In this document: positions 56,095 to 64,000 of the stretch, in pieces | Layout of the letters: the number at the start of each line of letters is the position of its first letter | Position numbering within the stretch: position 1 is the first letter of the stretch | Source: an uncultured Candidatus Rokubacteria bacterium | Lineage (GTDB): Bacteria > Methylomirabilota > Methylomirabilia > Rokubacteriales > CSP1-6 | DNA length: 64,000 bases | Direction of reading: 5' to 3' | Assembly: GCA_963754315.1 (NCBI GenBank) | Contig: CAVWFS010000018.1 | Location: 800,001 to 864,000 of the forward strand | Notes under the pieces: model-generated | The model's database searches: none | What the model was told of the DNA's origin: nothing | The model's input: only the letters and a program-made list of their open reading frames with translations | Position numbers and translations under genes: made by a program

Positions 56095-56921
56095 CGATCC
56101 ATCCCACAGCCGTCGTGGATGCCCGGGCAGAGATTGGCCCTGGGGTCGACATCGGCGCCTTCACGGTGATCGACGGCGAGGTGACTATCGGAGCCGAGAC
56201 GGCCATCGGTCACCATGTCGTGCTCGAAGGACGGGTTGTGATCGGCCCGCGGGTCCGAATCGGACACGGGAGCGCGCTCGGCGGCATACCCCAGGATCTC
56301 AAGTTCAAGCCGGGCACTCCGTCGGGCGTCCGTGTCGGAGCGGGCACCGCTCTTCGTGAGTACGTCACCATTCACCGGGCCACCACGCCACACGGATGGA
56401 CGGAAGTCGGCGAGGAGTGCCTGCTCATGACCATGTGTCACGTGGCCCACGACTGCCGTCTCGGAGCCGGGGTTATCCTCATCAACTACGCGGGGCTCAC
56501 CGGGCACGTTGACGTCGGGGACCGGGCGACGGTCGGAGGTCTCACCGGCGTGGCGCCGTTCATCCGTATCGGCAGCTTCGCCTACGTGGGAGGCTGCTCG
56601 AAGGTGACGGCGGACGTTCCTCCCTACGTTATCGTCAGCGGCATTCCCGCCACGGCGCGCGGGGTGAACGTGGTCGGGCTCCGCCGAGGGGGTGTGGCTA
56701 TGGCAGAGCGTCGCCTGGTGCAGGATGCGTACCGCGTCTTGTACCGGAGCGGGCTCGCTCCCGCGCGGGCCCTCGAGACGATCCGGGCAACCCTGCCCGC
56801 CACACCGGCCGTGACCCACCTCGTCGAGTTTGTGGCCGCCGCCCGCCGGGGTGTCTGTGGGCCAGCCCGTCGGTTGTCGTCGATGGTACCCGACCAGGGC
56901 GAGAGCGAGCGGGTACCCTGA
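56091..56921 (+). CDS. lpxA: UDP-N-acetylglucosamine acyltransferase LpxA (probable ATA start at 56091)
   Basis: IHPTAVVD, hexapeptide repeats, PQDLKF, REYVTIHRAT, HVAHDC, NVVGLRR. Confidence 0.92.
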   Translation: MAIHPTAVVDARAEIGPGVDIGAFTVIDGEVTIGAETAIGHHVVLEGRVVIGPRVRIGHGSALGGIPQDLKFKPGTPSGVRVGAGTALREYVTIHRATTPHGWTEVGEECLLMTMCHVAHDCRLGAGVILINYAGLTGHVDVGDRATVGGLTGVAPFIRIGSFAYVGGCSKVTADVPPYVIVSGIPATARGVNVVGLRRGGVAMAERRLVQDAYRVLYRSGLAPARALETIRATLPATPAVTHLVEFVAAARRGVCGPARRLSSMVPDQGESERVP

Positions 56922-57949
56922 TGGACAACTCCGAGCGCCGCGTACGGGCCGGTGTGGTGGGGGCTGGCCACATGGGGCAGTACCATATCCTGGTGTTCGC
57001 CGAGTTGTGGGAAGTCGACCTGGTCGGGGTCGTCGACGTCGACGAGGAACGAGCAACCAGCATCGCGCGCAAATACGAAACGCTGGCCTTCCATGACCAT
57101 CGCGATCTCATCGGCCGGGTAGACGTGGCGACGGTAGCCGTGCCGACCGACCAACACTTCGCGGTAACGCGGGATTTGCTGGAAGCCGGCGTCAGTGTGC
57201 TGGTGGAAAAGCCGATGACCCCGACCTTGGAGGAGGCGCGCGCGCTCTTCGAGATCGCTCGGCGCAACGGTGTTGCCCTCCACGTCGGCCACGTGGAGCG
57301 CTTCAACGGGGCCGTGCAGGAGCTGCGCAAGATCGTCGAGCAGCCCATCCTCATCGAGTCGCGTCGTCTCGGACCCTTTGTGCCGCGCGTCCAGAACGAC
57401 ACGGTGGTCATGGATCTGATGATCCACGACATCGATATCGTCCTCAACCTGGTCGAAGCTCGACCGCGTGTCCTGGCCGCTCTCGGCTCCTCCGTGCACT
57501 CCGGGTTCATCGACGTGGCCACCGTCCAGATCTCGTTCGACTCGGGGGCCATCGCCATCATTACCGCCAGCCGAGCTACCGAAGAGAAGATCCGCACCCT
57601 GGCCGTGACTCAACGCGAGGCCTACATCGTCCTCGACTACAGCGATCAGAGCATCGAGATTCGGCGCCGAGCGGCGCAGGAGTACAGCCTCAACCGTGAG
57701 GCCATCCGCTATCGGCAGGCCTCGTTCGTCGAGCACGTCTTTGTCCACAAGGACAATCCGCTCAAGCACGAGGTTCTCCACCTGGTGCGGGCGTTTCGAC
57801 GGATCCGGACTGGCGAGGCGCCCGTGTTGGCGGAGGGTGAGGATCTGCGCTCGCTGGCCGTCGCGCTTACCATCGAGCGCATGATACGGGAGGGACGCAC
57901 GGAGACGGCCTTCCCCGCCGACCTCCCGTGGAGCGGACGCTCGCATTGA
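56921..57949 (+). CDS. Gfo/Idh/MocA oxidoreductase (GnnA-like)
   Basis: VVGAGHMG, VEKP, GHVERFN, DLMIHDID, TASR; directly after lpxA. Confidence 0.85.
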   Translation: MDNSERRVRAGVVGAGHMGQYHILVFAELWEVDLVGVVDVDEERATSIARKYETLAFHDHRDLIGRVDVATVAVPTDQHFAVTRDLLEAGVSVLVEKPMTPTLEEARALFEIARRNGVALHVGHVERFNGAVQELRKIVEQPILIESRRLGPFVPRVQNDTVVMDLMIHDIDIVLNLVEARPRVLAALGSSVHSGFIDVATVQISFDSGAIAIITASRATEEKIRTLAVTQREAYIVLDYSDQSIEIRRRAAQEYSLNREAIRYRQASFVEHVFVHKDNPLKHEVLHLVRAFRRIRTGEAPVLAEGEDLRSLAVALTIERMIREGRTETAFPADLPWSGRSH

Positions 57950-58746
57950 TGTGCGGCGCCGGTCCGTTGCCGGCGCGGATGGCACGAGAGGCCCGACGCC
58001 AGGGATGGCGGGTGGTCGCCTTCGCGTTCGCCGAGGCGGAAGGGCTGTCCGAGCACGTCGAGCGCGTGATACCGAGCCGGGTTACCGAACTCGGCCCTGT
58101 CCTGGAGGTGCTGCAAGGAGAACGAGTCTCCGCCGCGCTGTTCGCGGGGAAGTTCTGGATGCAGACGCTCGTGACCGGTGACCGCGCCACCGCTGACGCG
58201 GTGACCGCATCATTCGAGCGGCAGGCACAGTCACGGACCGACACGGATCTGTCGCGCGTCGTGGTCATGACCCTGGCTCAGCTTGGAATCAGCGTGCTAG
58301 ATCAACGGGATTTTCTGGGCGACTGGCTGGCGCCGGCCGGGTGTCTGACCGAGCATAGCCCGTCCGAGGAGCAATGGCGTGACGTGCGGACGGGGCTCCT
58401 CGTTGCGCGTCGCGTGGCCGAATCGGGGGTCGGCCAGACTGTAGTCGTTCGGCATGGAGTCGTCACGGCTGTGGAAGCGGTGGAGGGGACGAACGAGACA
58501 ATCCGGCGCGGCACTCGGCTGGCGGGTCCAGAGGCGGTCGTCGTCAAGACCGTCGCGGGCCATCACGACTATCGTTTCGATCTGCCGGTAATCGGTCGCG
58601 AGACGGTGGAGGTGGCGGTAGCTGGAGGCGCGAGTGTGCTGGCCTTCGAGGCGGGCCGGGTCCTCCTCCTAGAGCCGCAGCCGACACTCGAGCGAGCGGA
58701 ATCGGCCGGGATGGCCGTGGTGAGCGTGGATGGTGATGGCGCGTGA
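57928..58746 (+). CDS. lpxI: UDP-2,3-diacylglucosamine hydrolase LpxI
   Basis: CGAGPLP, GQTVVV, AVEAVEGT..IRR, VVK, RFDLPVIG. Confidence 0.85.
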   Translation: MERTLALMCGAGPLPARMAREARRQGWRVVAFAFAEAEGLSEHVERVIPSRVTELGPVLEVLQGERVSAALFAGKFWMQTLVTGDRATADAVTASFERQAQSRTDTDLSRVVVMTLAQLGISVLDQRDFLGDWLAPAGCLTEHSPSEEQWRDVRTGLLVARRVAESGVGQTVVVRHGVVTAVEAVEGTNETIRRGTRLAGPEAVVVKTVAGHHDYRFDLPVIGRETVEVAVAGGASVLAFEAGRVLLLEPQPTLERAESAGMAVVSVDGDGA

Positions 58747-59938
58747 GGTGCTCGCGCGGGCCGACCTGATCGCTGCTCAGTCGGCGCCGTCGCCAGGGGC
58801 TGGGACCATCATGATCGTGGCAGGAGAGCCGTCAGGGGATCTGCACGGAGCGGCCCTCGCCCGCGCCCTGCGCGCCCAGGCGCCCGATATTCTCCTGATC
58901 GGGATGGGGGGACCGGCCATGGCCGGGGCCGGTGTGGAACGCGTGGTCGACGTGACGGCCGAGGCCACCGTCGGCTTCAGCGAAGTCGTCGGACGCGTTG
59001 GACTCCTCTGGCGTGCGTTCCGACGATTGCGCACCCGCATGGGAGGATTGGCGCCGCCCCGCGCACTTGTGCTGATCGACTTTCCCGAGTTCAACCTGCG
59101 CCTTGCCAGGGTGGCGCGGCGGGCCGGCATCCCTGTCGTCTACTTCATTCCGCCTCAGATCTGGGCCTGGCGCCCCGGGCGTATGAAGACGATCCGCCGC
59201 CTGATCTCGCTGGTGCTGGTAGTGTTGCCGTTCGAGCGCGACCTCTACCGGGCCGCTGGCGTCGGGGTCGAGTTCGTGGGGCATCCGCTCCGGGATCACA
59301 TGGCTGACGCGCCTTCGCGCGCCGCTGCGCGCCGTCAGTTCGGCCTCGAGGACGATGACGAGATGCTCGCCCTTCTGCCCGGAAGCCGGCGCGTGGAGAT
59401 CGCGGCGGTGCTCCCGGCCATGCGCGATGCGGCCGTCCTCATTTCATCTCGGCGTCCGGCCACGCGCTTTGCTCTCGCGCTGGCTCCGACCGTCGAGCGC
59501 AGTGTGGTGGAGGCTGTGCTGGGGCCGGGGTCGCCCATCCAGGTCGTCGAGGACGGCACGTACGCGGTCATCCGGGCCGCGGACTTGCTTTTGGTAACAT
59601 CGGGAACGGCCACATTGGAGGCTGCATTACTGGGCACACCGATGGTCGTGTGCTATCGACTGAGCGCGTTCAGTGAAGCTATCGCGCGGGTTCTTGTGCG
59701 CGTCCCCTGGATGAGCTTACCCAACTTGCTGGCGGGGAGGGTGGTGGTTCCCGAGTTCTACCGTCGGGCGACCACTCCGGCCCAGCTCGCCGACACGACC
59801 CTGAAGCTCCTCGACGACGCAGCGGCGCTGTCCGCGCAGCGTCAGGCGTTCACCGAGATCGCTGACCAGCTTGGTGAGGGCAACGTGGCCGCGCGCGCGG
59901 CAAGCCTAGTGCTGGCCATGGCGACGAGGATGCAGTGA
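58730..59938 (+). CDS. lpxB: Lipid A disaccharide synthase
   Basis: AGEPSGDLHG, IDFPEFN, PQIWAWR, FVGHP, LLPGSR, SGTATLE. Confidence 0.95.
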   Translation: MVMAREVLARADLIAAQSAPSPGAGTIMIVAGEPSGDLHGAALARALRAQAPDILLIGMGGPAMAGAGVERVVDVTAEATVGFSEVVGRVGLLWRAFRRLRTRMGGLAPPRALVLIDFPEFNLRLARVARRAGIPVVYFIPPQIWAWRPGRMKTIRRLISLVLVVLPFERDLYRAAGVGVEFVGHPLRDHMADAPSRAAARRQFGLEDDDEMLALLPGSRRVEIAAVLPAMRDAAVLISSRRPATRFALALAPTVERSVVEAVLGPGSPIQVVEDGTYAVIRAADLLLVTSGTATLEAALLGTPMVVCYRLSAFSEAIARVLVRVPWMSLPNLLAGRVVVPEFYRRATTPAQLADTTLKLLDDAAALSAQRQAFTEIADQLGEGNVAARAASLVLAMATRMQ

Positions 59939-60600
59939 AAGGTGGTCCACTCTTCCAGCGCCTGACGCCGCCGCTGGCGGCGACGCTCGTGCGCGGCCTT
60001 GGTATGACCTTGCGCCTCACGGTCGAGGGTGTGGCGGAACTAGCGCCGCTCTGGCACAGCGGCCGCCCCGTCATCTACGCGCTCTGGCACGGTCAGCTTC
60101 TCATGGTTCCGTGGCTGAACGCTCGCCTGCGCCGGGTAGCCGGTGCGCGGCCGGCGCGCGTGCTCGCGAGCCGCTCGCGGGACGGCGAGATGGTGACGCG
60201 CTATGTCCAGCAGTTCGGGATCGAGGTCATTCGGGGCTCCACCTCGCGTGGAGGGGCGGGCGCCGTGCGCGCCCTCCTCGCGGCCCTCGAGGCCGGCGAG
60301 GATATCGCGGTCGTTCCTGATGGTCCTCGGGGACCACACCGGCACGCCCAGCCTGGCGTGGTGGCCCTGGCCGCTCTGAGTGGAGCCCCGATCGTGCCCC
60401 TGGGCTTCGCGGCACGCCCGGCTTGGCGCCTCTCCACGTGGGACGACTTCATCGTCCCCGTGCCCTTCGCGCGCGCGGCGGCCACGATCGGCGCGCCCCT
60501 CGTGGTGGGCCGCGACACCGATCGCGGGCGCGCGCTGAAGGATCTCGAGCAAGCCCTGGGCGAGATGGTCGCCACCGCGGAACACCGGGTGGGGACGTGA
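59935..60600 (+). CDS. DUF374 lysophospholipid acyltransferase (LpxJ-like)
   Basis: ALWHG, ASRSRDGE, RGSTSRGG, PDGPRGP, WD..VPVPF. Confidence 0.8.
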   Translation: MKGGPLFQRLTPPLAATLVRGLGMTLRLTVEGVAELAPLWHSGRPVIYALWHGQLLMVPWLNARLRRVAGARPARVLASRSRDGEMVTRYVQQFGIEVIRGSTSRGGAGAVRALLAALEAGEDIAVVPDGPRGPHRHAQPGVVALAALSGAPIVPLGFAARPAWRLSTWDDFIVPVPFARAAATIGAPLVVGRDTDRGRALKDLEQALGEMVATAEHRVGT

Positions 60601-61907
60601 TCCACGGCCTGTACACGGCAGCGCTGACCGGTGTCATCACAGCGTATGCCCCGTTTGCCATTGGCCGTCGACTGACGAAGGGTGTCCCTCTGAATCTACG
60701 AGCACGCCTCGGATACGATGCCCGGCCTCCCCGTGGGCGCCCGGCGGGATGGATCCATGCCGTTTCTGTGGGCGAAGCGATCACCGCGGCGCCGCTCGTG
60801 ATGGGCTTGCGCGAGCGCTATCCCGAACTGCCGCTGGTTGTCACCACGGTGACGGAGACCGGTGCCCGGGTGGTGCACGAGCGCCTCGCCATCGCGGCCG
60901 AGCACCGCTACTTTCCACTTGACCTTCCGGGTGCGGTCGGCCGCGTGGTCGCTGCGATCGACCCCCTCTTTTTCGTCTGCATGGAGACCGAGTTGTGGCC
61001 GAATGTGCTGAGGGACCTCCATCGTCGCGGGGTTCCGGTGATCATGGCGAACGGTCGACTCTCCGATCGGTCGTTCCGACGCTACGCACTGGTGCGCACC
61101 ATGATGGGCCCCATGCTGAGCTCGATACGGGTCTTTGCCATGCGGTCCGAGGAGGATGCCCGACGCATCATTGCCCTCGGTGCGAGTCCCGAGCGTGTGG
61201 TGATCACGGGCAACATGAAGAACGATGCGCTCCCAAGTTCCGCGGACCGGGTGGACAGCTGGCGACGGCAGCTTGGTCTGGTCGGGGCCCGGCGTGTGTG
61301 GGTGGCGGGAAGTACACATCGCGGGGAGGAAGAGGCGGTCCTGGAGGCCCATGCGGCAGCCAAGACCGATCACCACGACCTCGCCCTGATCATCGCTCCG
61401 CGACATCCAGAACGCGCCCAAGAGGTGCAGACCCTCGTGGAGGCGCGCGGATGGCGCGCCGTCAAGCGCAGCAAGCTGTCCGCGACGGAGCGTGCCGACG
61501 CGGTGGTCATTCTCGACACCGTCGGCGAACTGGCCGAGCTGTACGGAGTGGCCGACGCGGTCTTCGTCGGCGGCAGCCTCGTCACTGCGGGTGGCCACAA
61601 CATGCTAGAGCCGGCCCGCCTGCACAAGCCGGTGCTGTTCGGTCCGCATACGACGAACTTTCGTGAACCCGCCGCCGCGCTCACAGCCACCGGTGGTGGT
61701 TTCGTCGTGATGAACGCCGAGGAGCTCGGTGAACGCCTGCGGTATCTGTTGGCCCATCCCGCGGAACGCCAGCGTGCGGGAGAAGCGGCTCATGCGACCG
61801 TCCTCTCCCGGCAGGGGGCTGTGCAACGCACCCTCGCCCTGCTCACCCAGCTCATCGATGCGCTTCCTCAGGCCTCATCGAGCCGACGACCAGGAGCGAA
61901 CGCGTGA
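60597..61907 (+). CDS. waaA: Kdo transferase
   Basis: WIHAVSVGE, ETELWPN, NGRLS, AGSTH, APRHPER, GGHNMLEP. Confidence 0.95.
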   Translation: MIHGLYTAALTGVITAYAPFAIGRRLTKGVPLNLRARLGYDARPPRGRPAGWIHAVSVGEAITAAPLVMGLRERYPELPLVVTTVTETGARVVHERLAIAAEHRYFPLDLPGAVGRVVAAIDPLFFVCMETELWPNVLRDLHRRGVPVIMANGRLSDRSFRRYALVRTMMGPMLSSIRVFAMRSEEDARRIIALGASPERVVITGNMKNDALPSSADRVDSWRRQLGLVGARRVWVAGSTHRGEEEAVLEAHAAAKTDHHDLALIIAPRHPERAQEVQTLVEARGWRAVKRSKLSATERADAVVILDTVGELAELYGVADAVFVGGSLVTAGGHNMLEPARLHKPVLFGPHTTNFREPAAALTATGGGFVVMNAEELGERLRYLLAHPAERQRAGEAAHATVLSRQGAVQRTLALLTQLIDALPQASSSRRPGANA

Positions 61908-62998
61908 CGTCCCGAGTCTCCGCGCGCTGGGTGACGGCGTGGGAGGGAGGTCCCCGGCCCGCGCCCCGTCCCCTCCTGGCCATGCTATCCGGGGCCTACC
62001 GCGGTATGGTGACGACCCACAGGTGGCTCTACCGGACCGGCGTGTTTCGCTCGAAGGCTGTCGGATGCCCGGTCGTTTCCCTCGGGAATATCACGGTGGG
62101 TGGAACGGGCAAGACCCCGGCCGTGGAACTCGCCGTACAGACCCTGACGCAACTCGGCTACCGGCCGGCTGTGGTGAGCCGAGGATACCGACGGCGTAGC
62201 CGTGGTGTGCAGATCGTGGCCGATGCCGCCTCGATCCGGCTCGAACCCGAAGACGCGGGCGACGAGCCGTTTCTGCTCGCCCGGCGGCTTCCGGGTATCC
62301 CCGTCGTGGTGGGCGACAATCGTGCGGAAGCAGTCCAGCTGGCGCGGGATCGCTTCGGGATCACGGCCGTGGTCCTCGACGATGGATTCCAGCATCGCAC
62401 CTTGGTGAAGGATCTCGAGATCGTCATGGCCCGCGCCCGAAAACCGTGGGGCAATGGCCGGCTGCTGCCGAGCGGTCCGCTGCGCGAGCCTCTCGGAGCG
62501 CTGGCTCGGGCTGACCTCGTGGTCGCGGCGGGCGCGCCGTCCCTCGAGGACGCGCCGGAGGTCGTCGAAGCCGTTCGCCGTTACAGGCCCGACTGCCCGG
62601 TTCTTGCTGCCCGTTACGTCCCCACCGAGTGCTGGGAGGCGCAGCGGGTGCGCCCGGTACCCCTTGGACAGCTGGCGGGCGCTCGGCTCGTCGCCTTCGC
62701 CGGTATCGCTTCTCCGCACGGGTTTCAAGCCACCCTCGACGAGATCGGGGTGCACGTGGAAACGGCGACCCGATTCCGAGATCATCATTGGTACAGCGAG
62801 CGGGATCTCACCGCGCTGGAGGCTCAGGCGGCGGAACCCGGAATCGACGGATTGGTGACGACGGAGAAGGACTGGGTGAGGCTGCGCGCGCTGAGACCCT
62901 GCCGGCGTCCCCTCTACGTTGTGAGCGTGAGGCTTGATCTTCGCTCCGGTCAGGCTGAATGGCTGAGCGCCTTCGAGCGAGCGTGCCGCAAACGGTAG
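61904..62998 (+). CDS. lpxK: Tetraacyldisaccharide 4'-kinase
   Basis: GNITVGGTGKTP, SRGY, GDEP, LDDGFQH, LPSGPLRE, TTEKD. Confidence 0.95.
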   Translation: MTSRVSARWVTAWEGGPRPAPRPLLAMLSGAYRGMVTTHRWLYRTGVFRSKAVGCPVVSLGNITVGGTGKTPAVELAVQTLTQLGYRPAVVSRGYRRRSRGVQIVADAASIRLEPEDAGDEPFLLARRLPGIPVVVGDNRAEAVQLARDRFGITAVVLDDGFQHRTLVKDLEIVMARARKPWGNGRLLPSGPLREPLGALARADLVVAAGAPSLEDAPEVVEAVRRYRPDCPVLAARYVPTECWEAQRVRPVPLGQLAGARLVAFAGIASPHGFQATLDEIGVHVETATRFRDHHWYSERDLTALEAQAAEPGIDGLVTTEKDWVRLRALRPCRRPLYVVSVRLDLRSGQAEWLSAFERACRKR

Positions 62999-64000
62999 TC
63001 GTCAGGTTGCCGAACTGGCTCGGTGATACCGTGATGGCGGTTCCCGCAATCCGCGCGCTGCAGGCCCGATGGACCGAGGCCCGGCTCGTCCTCGCGGGCC
63101 CGTGGGCCTTCCTCCTGGCGGGCCAGGAGCTGGCCGACGTTCTCGTCGACTATCCTCGATCTTGGGCGGGCCGGTTGCGGAGCGCGGACACCGTGCGTTC
63201 TCTCCACGGGGACGTGGCCGTACTCCTGCCGAACTCGTTCGAAGCGGCCGTGGCCGGCCAATACTGGGGAGCGCGCCGGCTCGTCGGCTTCGCCGCGGGT
63301 GGGCGCTCGTGGCTCCTCACCGACGCGGTCCCCGTTCCTAGCTCGCGCCGACATCAAGTCGACGAGTACATCCTTCTCGTCGAGCATCTTGGTGCGGTCG
63401 TGGAGGAACGGATGCCGCGCCTGGTGGCCCCTGACTGGCACTCCGTGGGGCGCCACCGCGTGCGCGCGCTCATCGAGGAGGCGGGCGGGGCACGACATTC
63501 TTGCAACCGTCCGTGGATCGGTCTTCATCTCGGAGCTGCCTTTGGATCGTCCAAGGTGTGGCCGCACGAACGGGTGGTGGAATTCTGTCGGGTCGTCGAG
63601 GCAAGAGGGATGACAACCGTCCTTCTCGGGTCGCCGGCCGAGCGGATGGCCGCGGAAGCGGTGGTCGGCCGCGCGCCTGCGCTGAGCCTCGTGGGTCGCG
63701 ACCAGCCCGACCTGCTGACGGCGGTACTCGCGGAGATGGACGTTCTCGTCGGCGGTGACACCGGCGTGGGGCACCTGGCGGCGGCGCTCGGTACGCCGGT
63801 GGTGACCTTGTTCGGCCCCACTGATCCAGCCCTCACCGCGCCACGAGGCCCCGGGTGTGTTGTGCGCCATCCGGTGCCCTGTGCGCCATGCTTTTACCGG
63901 GTATGTCCAATCGATCACCCCTGCCTGAGGAGCATCGACCCGACGATGGTGGTAGACCAGGTCCTCAGCGTGCTGAGACCGGAAGCTCGAGGGCGAGGGC
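62983..64000 (+). CDS. waaF: LPS heptosyltransferase II (GT9), 3' truncated by window
   Basis: Read manually from GTG 62983: VVRLPNWLGDTVMA..LLPNSF..GAAFGSSKVWP..GDTGVGHLAAALGTP..LFGPT..CAPCFYRVCPIDHPCL; no stop before the edge. Confidence 0.9.
   Translation, partial: MPQTVVVRLPNWLGDTVMAVPAIRALQARWTEARLVLAGPWAFLLAGQELADVLVDYPRSWAGRLRSADTVRSLHGDVAVLLPNSFEAAVAGQYWGARRLVGFAAGGRSWLLTDAVPVPSSRRHQVDEYILLVEHLGAVVEERMPRLVAPDWHSVGRHRVRALIEEAGGARHSCNRPWIGLHLGAAFGSSKVWPHERVVEFCRVVEARGMTTVLLGSPAERMAAEAVVGRAPALSLVGRDQPDLLTAVLAEMDVLVGGDTGVGHLAAALGTPVVTLFGPTDPALTAPRGPGCVVRHPVPCAPCFYRVCPIDHPCLRSIDPTMVVDQVLSVLRPEARGRG

Overview
High-GC (visibly GC-rich) diderm bacterial chromosome segment, mostly + strand housekeeping genes. 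The gene content and palindromic repeat style suggest Candidatus Rokubacteria/Methylomirabilota (inference only). Order: partial YihY gene, an 88-bp tandem palindromic repeat array, SDR, a GT-C-like membrane protein, a threonine-synthase-like gene plus MoaD-type sulfur carrier, glycerate kinase, rlmN-mtaB-mtnP-pfkB, a form II coxSLM-like molybdoenzyme cluster with maturation genes and its own sufU/sufS, agmatinase-nfeD-slipin, tRNA-Ala(CGC), two tiny Cys/His proteins, HIT, a secreted protein with ~38 GQDVQAPR repeats behind a sigma54-type promoter, rhomboid-tlyA-nadK-recN-secA-smc-rodZ-ftsY-rib operon-nusB, lnt-prfB-lysS-lolCD-clpC-bamA-skp, and a lipid A/inner-core cluster running off the right edge. 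Nine reading-frame breaks are all single-base insertions, pointing to read error rather than pseudogenes; the prfB shift is programmed. The best candidates for undescribed biology are the GQDVQAPR polyrepeat secreted protein and a structured dispersed repeat family showing covariation.
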